A stretch of DNA of 63,318 nucleotides, counting the filler, from Octopus bimaculoides (lineage: Eukaryota), in NCBI RefSeq assembly GCF_001194135.2. It is 8 parts of 8 records of this genome, joined end to end, with 100 filler letters (N's around TTAATTAATTAA, not from the genome) between each part and the next. Parts side by side here need not be neighbours in the genome. Positions count along the whole stretch, not along the records: positions 21,752 to 26,676 come from NC_069000.1; positions 26,777 to 45,195 come from NC_068996.1; 6 more parts are not named here. The stretch is one strand, 5' to 3'. The first letter of the stretch is position 1; the number at the start of each line of letters is the position of its first letter. The translations under genes and the position numbers were made by a program. The notes below the pieces were generated by a model. The model saw only the letters and a program-made list of their open reading frames with translations. It was not told the origin of the DNA and ran no database searches. Of the stretch, positions 22,200 through 35,055 are shown piece after piece.

Positions 22200-25100
22200 T
22201 AGAAATATACCAGGAGCGAAGATACTGAAGAGTCAGTATACACCACGTGGCAAAATTATGAGTTGAAAATATGTGGAAAATCCAAAACAAATACATCCAC
22301 AGAAACCAATCATCGAACACCCAGACCAAACTTCTGACACACACACACAAAACTATCCCACCACTGGGAAGTCAACAACCACCAACCTTACAATAGGAAT
22401 CCCCCATTAATAGGAAATACCAGTAAGAACCACCCAATAATAGGAAACACCAATAAGAAACACTCCATGACTAGGAATAATAATAATAATTATTATTATT
22501 ATTATTTCAATGCTATCCCTCCAAAAGCTAGAAACAGACAGCAGATCCTACCTCTTCCTCAACATAGGAATTCAACTTTCAGAATTACAACTCCCTTACC
22601 CAGACAAAGAAAACAACTTCACAGCATCCCATACAGGACCAAACACCCCTACAACTCATTCCAACATAAACACCCACACTACATAATCGCAACCAATTCA
22701 CCCACACAATAATACTCCCACAATAGAAACCTGAACACTGAGAACCCCTTCCAACTTAATTACAACAAACAACGTTTTTTAGACAGAGTAGAGAGACACA
22801 GGGACATGCATTGGAACATATGGGAGAAACCCAAAATAATTTAGCTAAGAAAACTCCCTCCACAACAAAAATCCATATTTTAGCTAAAGGTTTAAAATTT
22901 ACACCCACTCCACGTAGATCCAACACCAATGAAATTAAAGATAATATTGCAGAATTTTGCAGAAAACTTCAATTGACAGAAGCACTAACCAACTACAACA
23001 ACGATGACGAATCACAAGTGAGAAACAACAGTAATTATCTACCACCCAAAGGAAGGAATAAAACACTAGACAACTTCTGCAACTGTATCCAGAATTTTCC
23101 TCACACTAACTATAAATCAAAAGTTGTACCTAACTTCAACAACATACAATGGAAGCACCTATTACAGCTAAAAAATGACAAAAACCTGACAATCAAAGAA
23201 GCAGACAAAGGTAGTGTTGTAGTAGTGATGGACAAAGAATACTATAAAAACCTATCATTGTTTATACTAGAAAATTACTCCTTCTATGAAAAAGTTGCAA
23301 ATTATAGGCAGCAAAAAACTTTAAAAAATCTTGCAACTTTAATACTCAAACATGAAAAAGGCCTGACACAAAAAGAAAAAGACTACATCACAAACTTCAA
23401 ATGCAAACCAAAATCCACAAGAGTCAAATAATTACTAATGCCTACAGCTCAAATCCAGGTCTATACATAAATATCCCATCACCAGAAGATTTAAAATTAA
23501 GGCCTAATATTGCTGGCCCAGCCTGTGAAACACACTGCCTAAGCAACTTTCTGGACATACTTGTGGAACCTTTCCTCAAATACATTAAAAGTTTCATTAG
23601 AGACGATCTGGACATGCTAGAGCATCTACCAAAAACCACCAACGAAGAAGCTCTATTAGTCTCCTTTGATGTCATCAACCTCTACACTAACATTCTACAC
23701 GACTATGAAATAGAGGCAATAAAATTCTGGTTAGAATTAGAAATTAGAAAAATACACTGAAGTTCTCCCGGACCGCATAAACCAGACTTTTGCCACTGAA
23801 TCCCTGAAGTTCATCCTACAAAACAATTACTTCCTATTTGATACAACATGCTACCGCCAAAAATGCGGTATTGAGATGCAAACGAAAGCAGCACGTGTCC
23901 TTGCGAACCTAATAATGGGTTTCTTTGAATCTACCCTATATGTACTTTTGCTCCAAAAATTTGGAACCCCATTCCACCAGTATATAAGAGAAAACTAGAA
24001 AAGGTACCTAGACGATTGTTTTATCATCTGGAATGAAACCTATGATAACCTCCTGGATTTCAAATCCACGCTGAACAATATAAACCCCAACATCCAATTT
24101 ACAATGGAATATAGCAAGGAACAGCTCCCATTTCTGGACATTTTGATTTTAAAAAAGTCCAACAACCAAATTGCAACCGACATTTACTACAAACCAACAG
24201 ACTCAAAACAGTATCTCCTTTTCAGTTCATGCCATCCTAAACACACCAAAATAAATATCCCATTCAATCTAGCAAAGAGGATCTGTGCAATTGTATCTGA
24301 CACAACCACTCGGGAACTTTGCCTACAAGAACTCAAAATAACACTCATTGAACATCAATACCCACCTACACTTATAGAACATGGAATTAAAGGTGCCAAG
24401 AAATGGGGCACAAACACACTAAGGACAACAAAACAAAACACCACACCTCACCTTAAATCACTCCCATACATATAAACCCACAATCCCAGAAAAAAATGAA
24501 GCATATAATACAATTATACAAAATCTCCCTCTGCTTACTCAAGACCCGAAAATGAACAGCATCCTAAATACACACAAACTACTAAAATGCAAAGAGACTC
24601 CCAACAAATGTAAAACTACACTCAATACAAGCGATACCAACAGTTAAAAACTGCAGATGACCTAACTGTGGTACATGTCCACACCTAACTGAAGACTCGG
24701 AATTCACATTCCAGCAAGGACAAAAATTCTCAATTAAGACCAACTTCACATGTGCTTCCCAGAACCTTATCTATGTCCTAACCTGCTCAGGTTGTGGCCA
24801 CAATTATGTGGGCCAAACGAGCCCTACTTTGAGATGCAGAGTCACGCTGCATAAAGAACAGATTCATTTCCCTCAATACAAGCAGATAGCACTGAGTGGA
24901 CACATTGACAGATGCGCAAGTAATAAAATGCTGAATTTTCATTATACCAATGCAAAGATTCAATCTCAGTACAAGAACGCCTAAACAAGGAAAACCTGTT
25001 CATACAAAAGTACAGACCACACCTCAATATACAAATTCGACCATTTTAAAAATTATACTAAGGAGACGGTTGTCCCCCTTGCCACCTGTTGCTTCCCTTG

Positions 25101-25335
25101 GTTCACTCTCTAGACTCATTCTTCTTATTCTTCAAACATCCAAAATGATGAGACCCCTCTATCACGAGAATTGATTACTATACAATGTCCCTTGAAAAGC
25201 TAATTTAAATAGTGAAAACTGGTTGGATTTCACGACATCCATTTAATATGTATATATTTATAAAAAGATATTAAACTATATGAAACGAAAGCATTTCTCA
25301 TCCACTTTTTATAATTTTTTTCCACATATTTTCAA

Positions 25336-25337
<2 letters not shown>
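22200..25337 (+). mobile_element. Near full-length decayed Penelope-like element (RT + GIY-YIG; Neptune/Nematis-like)
   Basis: RT motifs LAKGLKFTPTP, IKEADKGSVVVVMDK, LVSFDVINLYTNI, RYLDDCF, LPFLDILI and TDIYYKPTD..YL.F.SCHP. GIY-YIG with Cys motif CGTCP...FTCASQNLIYVLTCSGCGHNYVGQT at ~24650-24960. Multiple frameshifts and stops. Confidence 0.92.
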
Positions 25338-25382
<45 letters not shown>

Positions 25383-26260
25383 ATATACACCTGCTTAACT
25401 TCTGATTACCTCCCCTTGATCCTCTCCCTTACCACAGCATGATTTAATAACATATCACAATTAAATTAAATTACCCTGAATAACTGAATTATTTATCTTA
25501 AATGCATGATGTACACCTGGAACTATAATTCTTTTTAATATATTCACATTAATGTTAGATCACTGACTAACATACTAATTGCTAGGGCTGCCACTAACAT
25601 AAATACAATTAAGTGAGTGATTTAGGCTATTCTAGCTGACTGTATTGGTTTTTAATTATATCAAAGAATAGATAGCCTGCACCGCACATAACAACATTTT
25701 AATTTATTTATATATTTATTATACCTTTTTACATAACCCAAATTTATACTGTATATCGCACTTAAACTTTTAAGAACATCCTTAATTTTTAACAAGGGCC
25801 TTATTGTAATCATAGGGACTTATCTAGCAGTCTCAAACAGCATTATTTATTATAATTAACGACACTGGATATTACTACCAGGAATAACACCACCAGTCAA
25901 CTAGTCATTTTCCTCACTTATTACTCCATTCATTTAACTGAAGAAATGTACACACACCTGCAAGCTTAAAGGACACAAAAATGTAAGCCTAAAGACTGAG
26001 TGAACTTTTTTTCCTTTTTCCCTTTTTCTTTTCCTTCTTCCTTTTTCTCCTGTCTATATTCCTCCAATAAACTCTAAATCATTCTGATGATGTTTGTTAC
26101 ACGTAACGAGATGAATGCAAATTTACTTAAAAAATAACAAACTGGAACGGCTGTAAATGTTTTTTAACTACAATTAAACTATGACTTTTTAACACCAATG
26201 ATCAACTTCTACTTGTTAATTGTTGCTCCATTTCTTTTCTTATCTGTATATATATATACA

Positions 26261-26676
26261 CGGTAGTTCTAATGAACACAAATGATTATAAAAATTTAGT
26301 ATTATCCCTATTAGGAGATGAGACATACTATGAAAGGGCCCAACATTATAATCAACCAAAAATAATGAATAACCTCAGGACATTACTCAACTCATACCGA
26401 GAAGGACTCACAGACAAGGAGTACGATTACATCACCAACTTCAAGTGCAAATCAAGTTTATTCTACAGTATCCCTAAAGTCCACAAAAGCAAAATAATTA
26501 GTGAAGCATGTAAAAAAGCTACTGACGTAATCATCAAAATCCCCTCACCGAAAGATCTAAAACTTAAACCGATAATAGCAGGCCCAGCATGCGAAACTCA
26601 CCGCCTCAGCAACATCTTAGACACACTTCTAAAACCTTTCCTTAAGCACATCAAAAGCTACATAAGAGACGATATA
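26261..26676 (+). mobile_element. Second, diverged PLE RT fragment cut by a gap
   Basis: YDYITNFKCKSSLFYSIPKVHKS...LKPIIAGPACETHRLSNILD, paralogous to 23380-23610. Confidence 0.88.
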
Positions 26677-26776
26677 NNNNNNNNNNNNNNNNNNNNNNNN
26701 NNNNNNNNNNNNNNNNNNNNTTAATTAATTAANNNNNNNNNNNNNNNNNNNNNNNNNNNNNNNNNNNNNNNNNNNN

Positions 26777-27130
26777 CCATGCAGTGGCAACCCGTGCGGG
26801 CATTCCTGTAGTACTTGATGCCAAAGTTTGGCACCAGTCCTTCCAGTATTTTCCATATGTATATTATTACATATCTCTCCCGCCTGCGCTTCAGGGAGTA
26901 GAGACCTAGTGCTTTCAGTCGCTCCCTGTAGTTCAATTGTTGGACTGTGGCGATCTTTTTTGTATAGTGCCGCTGAATTGCCTCGAGTTCTGCTGTCCGC
27001 TTAACACTGTGTGGTGACCACAACTGAGAGCAATAGTCTAGGCGGCTCAGAACAAATGTCTTCCATAGAATCAACATGACTTTTCGATCCCTTGTACGGA
27101 AAGTCCTCAGTATCTACCCTGCAGTTGAGA
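26777..27130 (-). mobile_element. CR1-group LINE, RT C-terminal fragment
   Basis: LWKTFVLSRLDYCSQLWSPH...LEAIQR.YTK...YRERLKALGLYSLKRRRER. Confidence 0.85.
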
Positions 27131-27237
27131 AGTATTTTATAAATGCACTTCTCAATTTAGCAGTTTATACATGTCCTTTATTTATATTAAGAAATGTTTA
27201 CCTAGTGTTCTTTCAGGAACTATACATCTCAAAATAC

Positions 27238-27458
27238 GGTAAATTTTTTGAGTAACACCCGCACGATTTTCACTAAGAAAAAGGGGGAAAAAAGAAAAGA
27301 ACTCGGATTTTTTTGCGTGGAATCAAGTACCCTGGACCTAATATGTTGCAAATCCCTTATTTTGGTTTGGAAAGGGGTGGGGGGCTCCATGCAAAAAAAT
27401 CTGAGTTTTTTTTTTTTCTTAATGAAAATCGTGCGGGTCTTACCGAAAAAAATTTACC
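27238..27458. mobile_element. MITE-like inverted repeat with ~75-bp arms
   Basis: GGTAAATTTTTTGAGTAACACCCGCACGATTTTCACTAAGAAA vs TTTCTTAATGAAAATCGTGCGGGTCTTACCGAAAAAAATTTACC. Confidence 0.7.
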
Positions 27459-28350
27459 CAAAATACAACCACTAGATAACATTGACAAGTGTATTAATTT
27501 GAATTACCATCCATATTCTATTTGTCGTGTTACAAATAAGTATTACAATCACACACATCCACACAAACATACATGTACAAACTTATTAGAGAAAATAATT
27601 ACTGCCTGAGTGTATCAAGATGATAAAATGACTGCAGTTGAAAAGTATATTATAACTACACATTTTATAGTTCATACATGTGCCGAACTTATTTATATTA
27701 AGTAATTTATGTAATAGAGTTTGAAGACGGAGTTTTTACATCAACTAAGTCACGGACTGCTTTTTGTGGTTTTAAGTCGTATGAGTTGAGGTTGGTTTCA
27801 GTAATGGTGAGCACAATTGAAAGGAAACGTCGCTTCGAAAAAGTTGGTATTTATTTGCTAGCTCCCGTATTTATTTACGGCCAAGCTTTATATGGCCTTA
27901 AGTCGTACAAGAACGAAGGAAAACTTAGAAATTCTTTGGGAAGAAACAAGCAGTCAACGGATGTTAGTTGCAGATAGATTTTTCACAGAAAATTTGCTAA
28001 TAAAAGAATTATTAAACTAAAAACTTGATTTTGTACCTTAATTATAAATAAAATACTACAATTAGTCGTCATTTTTGACTGTACGGATTCAGCTAGCTCT
28101 AATGAATGTACTTGACTGTTGTCATTTCATTCAAACGAATCCAGATAGATAAAAGAGTTTACAGCTATCAATCTCTAACAAAAAATTAATTTATTATTTT
28201 AAGACTTCCTATTACCTTAGTAAATTTCTTTTAATTAAGGATTGATTAAATAATAAGTGACCTTCATTTCAAATCCAAGATTATTAGAAATATCCGCGCT
28301 AGCGGTTATAAACGTATGTAAGATGATGCGTGCAGTCGGAGTGAATATTG

Positions 28351-28984
28351 TATTGAGTCATCCCATAAATAATGCGGTGTTTTTTATGCATCTTTTATTT
28401 TTCTAAATTAAGATAAACAAAGTTTTTTTTTTATATATATCAAAAATATACTCTCCTTCATTTTCTACAATGCTCTTCCATCTATCTGGTAGACTTGTAA
28501 GGCCCCTTTTCCAAAATTCACTTGTCCATGACGAAAAATACTCCTCCAGTACTGTTCTGACCTCATCTACAGAATTCATATTTTTTCTTTCGAAATGATT
28601 TTGAAGACTGCAGAATAAATAATGATCAGATGAAACAATGTCCGGCGAATATGGTGGGTGGGGTATCGTTTTCCATTCAAACTACTCCAGCTTTTGGAAT
28701 GTCATCTTCGCTGTATGTGGCCCAGCATTATCCTGATAGAACACGTTTCATCTTGAAACCGAAGATGGTCGTTTTTCTTCTAGCACTAACTTAAGCCGCT
28801 CAAGTTGCTTGCAGGAGATCTTTGTTATCGTTTGGTTTGAGTTTAAAAGGTCAAAGTGGACTAAACCTTTCATATCCCACCAAACAGATAACTTAAGTGG
28901 GCGAAGACCTCCTTTCCCTATTAACTGTCTTCGGCGCTTGACATTTTTATAGAGAACCCATTTCTCGTCACCAGTCACTACTGG
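28351..28984 (-). mobile_element. Mariner transposase pseudogene, catalytic half plus 3' TIR
   Basis: VTGDEKWVLY, QDNAGPH and HPPYSPD..SDHYLF motifs. TIR TATTGAGTCATCCCATAAATAATGCGG. Confidence 0.9.
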
Positions 28985-28994
28985 NNNNNNNNNN

Positions 28995-29529
28995 AAACAA
29001 ACGATTCTGAAACAATTAACCCTAACCCTAACTCTAATCCTAACCCTAGGGTTAGAGCTAGAGCTAGGGTTAGGCTTAGGCTTAGGGTTAAAGCAAATTT
29101 AAAATGAAAAAAGCAAATAAAACGAAGAATCGTTTGTTTATGTAGTCGGCACTTAATGTATATCGGTTGAGTGGACGTCAGTGATTGGTTGAAATTATCG
29201 AAATAAGACAATTTTTTACATGAAATAAATTCGAATACAAAAATATTTTTCTGTTCTATAACACAAAATAGATAAGTATACGAAGTTTGAAAGTCTTTCT
29301 GTACCAAAAACACTACGTAAAACATTAATGAAAAATGTGGCCCCCGTTTTAAAAAAGATCCAAATTCTGAAAAGAAATGAAAATTGAAGAATTTGGGGGT
29401 GGGGGGAATTAAAATTTTAAAATGCCGTTTTTGTTGCAGAATCAGAATGTCCGTACTCGAAAATGGGGGATTCTGTAAAATAAAATAAAATAACGAAAGA
29501 GAGTGCGGTCCACATTCTTTACGTCCTCC
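28995..29529. mobile_element. Non-autonomous element with a (CCCTAA)n/(TTAGGG)n palindrome inserted into the mariner
   Basis: Splits the mariner between WVPH and TGDEKW. A 14-bp IR AAACAAACGATTCT/AGAATCGTTTGTTT encloses the telomere-motif palindrome. Confidence 0.65.
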
Positions 29530-29907
29530 CGATTAGACATGGAAAGTTTGTGAGGAACCCACTGAGCAAATTAGCTGACTTTTCCGATGACACGCAGGTG
29601 TCGATGAATGGTTGAATGAGCAAATCCAAGCTTCTCTGCTAGTTCCTCAACAGTTACGATGGGGCTTTTGTTCCACTAGGTTTTGCAGGACGTCCTCGTC
29701 AAGCTCTACAGATCTTCCAGGACGAGGTTCATCTTCCAGGCTGTAGTTTTTGGCTCGGAATTTCTGGAACCATCGTTGACACCGGCTTACGCTTATTGTC
29801 CGATGCCCATATACTGAATTAATATTCCTCGCACTTTCCGTTGCGTTATTGCCTTTATTGAACTCATAAAGCAAAATATGCCGAATATGCTCCTTTGTCG
29901 CTTCCAT
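29530..29907 (-). mobile_element. Same mariner, N-terminal HTH half
   Basis: MEATKEHIRHILLYEFNKG...WFQKFR..LEDEPRPGR...STIHRHL...QWVPHKLS. Confidence 0.9.
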
Positions 29908-30150
29908 TATAGCTTTGAAAAAATAATTGTTAAAATCTAACTGCACTCTTCAAAACTTATTGGTGGTGGCGAGCTATTAGAATCGTTTGAGCGTCGGTTA
30001 AATGCGTCTCGGTAATTTGCAATCTCATTATTGAGTTCAAGCCTCACCAAAGTCGACTTGCCTGTCACCCAGACAAATACTAGGATCGATGGTAGCCATA
30101 AAAATTATTGGCCCTGTTCCCAAATCAAAAACCATTATTATCATCTAAGT

Positions 30151-30360
30151 CGGCTAACTGACAGAATCGTTAGCACACCGAGTAAAAATGCTTAGCAGCA
30201 TTTCGTCTGTCTTTAGTTTTTAATTCAAATTCCGTTGAGGTCGACTTTGCCTTTCATATTTTCGGGGTCAATAAAATAAGTATCAGTTGAGTACAGGGAT
30301 CGATGTAATCGACTTAGCCCTTCCTCTGAACTTGCTGGCTTTCTGCCAAAATTTGAAATC
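30151..30360 (+). mobile_element. tRNA-derived SINE family E
   Basis: CAGAATCGTTAGCACACCG...GGTCGACTTTGCCTTTCAT...GATCGATGTAATCGAC; similar to minus copies at 44319-44830 and 56130-56340. Confidence 0.75.
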
Positions 30361-30639
30361 ACTGTTATTATTATTATTATCATCATTATTGTTATTGTTG
30401 TTGTTGTTTATCGTAGACCCAGCGATTAGTCATGATCCAAGAAGCCTACAGTCAGAAGCACTTCAGTTGTGGTCATATCATATTCCAGAGACGTTATATC
30501 CAGTGCTATATTTTTCATTATTTAGGATGTCACTTTGATGTAGGTTTGACTGCTATTTCTAGCTAGTCGAGCAACTCTATTGAGGCTCCTTGGATTGAGT
30601 GACCCAGAAAACACTGGTGCAGAAATCTTTTTATATTCT

Positions 30640-31583
30640 ATATCCCTTATTTTTTTATTCCAGTCATTGGACAACAGCCTTACTGGAGCACCGCTATGAA
30701 AGATTTTAATCGAACAAATCGACACCAGTACTTAAAAAAAAAAATCTGGACTTGTATCAGTTACTTTTGCCGAACTTAAATTACAACGCTGTTAACCAAC
30801 ACCAGCTGTCAAGTGGTGATGGGGATGCTGCCATGCTGGAGCATCGCCTTTAGTCGAACAAATCAACCTCAGGAATTATTCTTTGTATGCCTAGTACTTA
30901 TTCTATTGGTGTCTTTTGTCGAACCGCTAAGTTACAGGGATGTAAACATACCAGCATCGGTTGTCAAGCGATGGTGGGGGGGGGACAATCACAGACACAA
31001 ACATAAGCATATATATATATATATATANNNNNNNNNNNNNNNNNNNNNNNNNNNNNNNNNNNNNNNNNNNNNNNNNNNNNNNNNNNNNNNNNNNNNNNNN
31101 NNNNNNNNNNNNNNNNNNNNNNNNNNNNNNNNNNNNNNNNNNNNNNNNNNNNNNNNNNNNNNNNNNNNNNNNNNNNNNNNNNNNNNNNNNNNNNNNNNNN
31201 NNNNNNNNNNNNNNNNNNNNNNNNNNNNNNNNNNNNNNNNNNNNNNNNNNNNNNNNNNNNNNNNNNNNNNNNNNNNNNNNNNNNNNNNNNNNNNNNNNNN
31301 NNNNNNNNNNNNNNNNNNNNNNNNNNNNNNNNNNNNNNNNNNNNNNNNNNNNNNNNNNNNNNNNNNNNNNNNNNNNNNNNNNNNNNNNNNNNNNNNNNNN
31401 NNNNNNNNNNNNNNNNNNNNNNNNNNNNNNNNNACAATAGGCTTCTTTTAGTCTCCGTCTACCAAATCCACTCACAAGGCTTTGGTTGGCTCGAGGCTAC
31501 AGTAGAAGACACTTGCCCAAGGTGCAACGCAGTGGGACTGAACCCAGAACCATGTGGTTGGTAAGCAAGCTACTTACCACACA

Positions 31584-31585
<2 letters not shown>
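30640..31585 (-). mobile_element. SINE family C copy or copies spanning an N gap
   Basis: Both halves match 11208-11634. Confidence 0.8.
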
Positions 31586-31629
<44 letters not shown>

Positions 31630-32452
31630 TATGTGTATATATATATGACATTCTTTCGGTATGCCCCTCAGCAAATTCATTCAGAAAACATTAGTCGGCC
31701 CTGAGTTCTTGCAGTGGGACTGAACCTGAAACCACATACTTGCAATGCGAGCTTCTTAGCTACACAGCTATACCTTAGCAAGTGTTTATTTTTTGCAGCC
31801 TTAGTAACGTCACATTTAAAAGATAGAAAAGAGTCAATTATCTAATTATATATTGCTTAACAATCGAAGTACATGCAGTAAGTATTGTGGAATAATATAA
31901 GTTCTTGTTATACTTTAATATAACAAAGTTATTTTAAAACACTAATTCCGTAATACCATGGTAATAAACTATGTTATACTTCTCCAAATGTGTTATTGCA
32001 TCTCGGATTGGGAACTCCGTTGGAAAGCAAGCGTGTATATGTATATACACAAGCTAGCAGAATCGTTAGCACACCGGACAAAGTTCTTAAACTTCGAGCG
32101 CGTTTTGCAAATGTCTCCGGATAATTTCCTCTTTTCATCTCATTAGTCTGTGACACATCCTGGGAAAGAAAAGGCACAGCCTTTTCTCTCCTTTTGCCTA
32201 GGCTAGATGTTCTCAAACTAATGAATATCAGCTCCCGAAAACACGCAAATTCTTTTATCTGTTTTCTCACGCAGCCTAGTGGTTAGTGCATGGACACGAT
32301 CATAAAATTCCCAGACCGAGTGATGCATTATGTTCTTGAGTAAAACACTCCAATTCACGTTGCTTCAAGTGCTTTCCACTTGTTTAGTGTTATTAGTAAA
32401 ACTTAAATTGAAGTCAATCTCCATGGATGTAATCTTTTATTGAATTCATGTG

Positions 32453-32545
32453 CGGAGGTAAAGAATACGTACCCTACCCGTTTTCTGTGTAACAAAAAAC
32501 CCTAACCGTAACCCTAAACACCGGGTGTGCGTATTCTTTATTTTC
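32453..32545. mobile_element. Mini-element with TAAAGAATACG inverted ends and internal CCCTAA-like units
   Basis: TAAAGAATACGTACCC ... GGGTGTGCGTATTCTTTA. The end resembles the 29515-29529 terminus. Confidence 0.55.
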
Positions 32546-32927
32546 ACCGAATTCACGACCCTTGAAATACTGGTAATTACAGATTCAGACCAAAACCACC
32601 ATCACCGTCATCAACAACACTACACTTCATACAATAACAGCATTAGTAATTTATTTTTTGTCCACCACTGTATTGAGCTAACGATTATCATAAAGTAAAT
32701 TCACTATCGATTTGTGGTACCCAGTGTTTTTAAGGTTCCTGAGGGATCCAGCAATAGCTGAGAAGTTCACGTTGCAATGGACCGGTGTCCTATTCAAGGA
32801 GAGATGGGTGCACATTGGGATTAGACACTGAGGGAAAACCGCTGTAACTTTTTTATTTTTTCATTTTGGCGATTTTCGCTTTCGATAATGTGTTCTACAT
32901 ATCATGGTCATGCGATTCGCCCTATAA

Positions 32928-33030
32928 AATCCCCCCCTCCCCAATTTTTTGGGGGGAGGGGGGGGCGATTGTCAGGGTTAGGGTTAGGGACGGAATTCCC
33001 TAACGCAAACCCTAACCATAAACTAAACCC
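32928..33030. repeat. C-rich/G-rich inverted repeat followed by a (TTAGGG)n-GGAATTCC-(CCCTAA)n palindrome
   Basis: Seen directly in the sequence. Confidence 0.75.
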
Positions 33031-34208
33031 TTCAAAATAAATCGCGCTCTCTGTATGTCTTTCGCTGTTATGACGTCGTTTCCCTGTTTCTCTCCAACAC
33101 TTTTTACGGAAAAGCCCGATCTTTGGTAAAGATCGCCGAAGACGCTTTTTACACGATATTGAAACATTTTAAATAGCTTCATTTTATTTAACATAGTAAT
33201 TTGTTCGCATGTCACTGTTCTCGATCTCCACAGCTCATCCCAGATAATTGGGTCTCCTTTTTCTATCAGAAACACCGACCAAAGGCTATAAATATTTCTC
33301 TCTCCCCCACACACGAGCGAGAGATATCACTATAAATTTTAAAAACTAATTGCATAATTTAAACCACTGACAATGTATATTATTCCAGGAACTATTCTCA
33401 TCATCTTGGAAATTGGATGGAAGAGAGTGTAGAGTTAGAAGAAAATTTATTTAAGCATAGACAATTCTAGCGAGTTGAAAAAAGCATGTTGATTCTTTCT
33501 TGTATGGATTTTTAAAAAAATCAAATGCGAGGCCGGAAATTCCGACATTTACAGAAGTGTGTGTAATTTCTACAGAATTAAAGTATGTGCTTATTAACAG
33601 GAGAATAATAATCTGAGTTTATGAGTAGAGAAGATGGATGTGTATGTGTGAAACAAAGTTGTGTCTATTATTTTTTTTTTGTCGTTATCTATCTATTAAA
33701 CAAATAAAAAGGAGACAAGTTTTACTGATTGACCTTATTTCAAGGTGCTAACATTTAATAGCACAAAACTTAAACTAAGTAATTAAAAGCCATCGACTGC
33801 ATAGTTAATGGATGGCCGTTAACTGCTGAACTGTGAAATTTAATCTTCCGATATCCATTTCCGTATTTACTCGGCGATGTCAAAATTCTCCTAGTGAAAT
33901 GAACTATTCACAATGTAGTGTTTCGTTATGTCTGTCAAATATGTGTCAACTATAAATGAAAATAACATTCAGTTGTCATCCTCTTTCAGATAAAAACAAT
34001 ATGGCAGACGTGGAGGGGGAGATGCTTGCCCTTCAGCCATATTACTGATAGTCACTATCAATGTAAAGAAAAGGAAAATATGGTTATTTAGAAATGTTGA
34101 AACAAACAACTAAATCAAAATAAGCTAAATCGTGTAAAAAAAAAAAAAAAGTCACTTTCGGATTTCTGAATATTAACGCTGGGCAAATATCTCAATTCAT
34201 TATTATTA

Positions 34209-34933
34209 CACTTGGAAAAGTTCAGGACAACTTATTACATCTGGTAAAGTACAGAACAAGAAAATTTTTACTTAAAATATTGCAGCTGAGGATAAAATTT
34301 TAAATAAAATAATTCAATTTAGAAATTATTAGCTTTTATTAAAAGCAAAAATTTAATTCCAAGTTCTTACTTCTATTTGTTATTACTTGTTACTTCTATT
34401 AAAAATTAAAAATAACTCGAAAATATTTTTTGCATTTCAAAAAATTTCATGTTTTAAAATTATTAATTAATAATCAGAAATTTGAAAATAGGTTATAAAA
34501 AATAATAGTAGTGCATAATAAGTTAGTACAATAAATACAATAGTACAAAAATTAGTTGTATATTACAGTAAAATCTACCTATAACAACAAATTCACAGTA
34601 AAATTTAATTTGAGTTATTGCCAAGTCTTCACATTTCTAGTCTTGACCCAATGCCTATTTTTACATAATGAATTTGCCTACCATATATATTGTTCTACTT
34701 TGCATAAAACTTTAGCTATATTGATACTTCTGGCTCTCATTTTTAAAGTATTCTAGTGTGTCATTATTTTAACAAAATGATCGTACCTTTTTTCATTATA
34801 ATGTTACTTTGTAAATTAAAATCGAATAATTTTTAATATTCAAATTTTATCCTTAGCTGCAATATTTTAAGTAAAAATTTTCTTGTTCTGTACTTTACCA
34901 GATGTAATTAGTTGTCCTGAACTTTTCCAAGTG
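34209..34933. mobile_element. TA-flanked MITE with ~95-bp TIRs (Tc1/mariner type)
   Basis: TA|CACTTGGAAAAGTTCAGGACAAC... and ...GTTGTCCTGAACTTTTCCAAGTG|TA. Confidence 0.8.
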
Positions 34934-35055
34934 TAATAAGTTGTCATGTAATTTTCCAGGTTTATAATCTTCAGAATATTATTTCTCTTGCATGCATTTT
35001 TCCATGTAATCTATGTTTTTTTCCAGGTTATGCTATTATGCTAATTAATAATGTG

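Noticed and set aside
26084-26116. CTGATGA with GTTAC/GTAAC hairpin at the PLE 3' end (also CTGATGA at 17639, 20785 and 55757, and a decayed motif near 25190)
   Set aside because: GAAA and/or the UH site and stem I are missing. At best these are dead relics, so they are not called ribozymes.
33990-34100. Acceptor-like tcctctttcag followed by ATGGCAGACGTGGAGG
   Set aside because: The ATG frame stops after 15 codons and there is no clear donor; it cannot be linked to exon 18894-19021 without RNA data.
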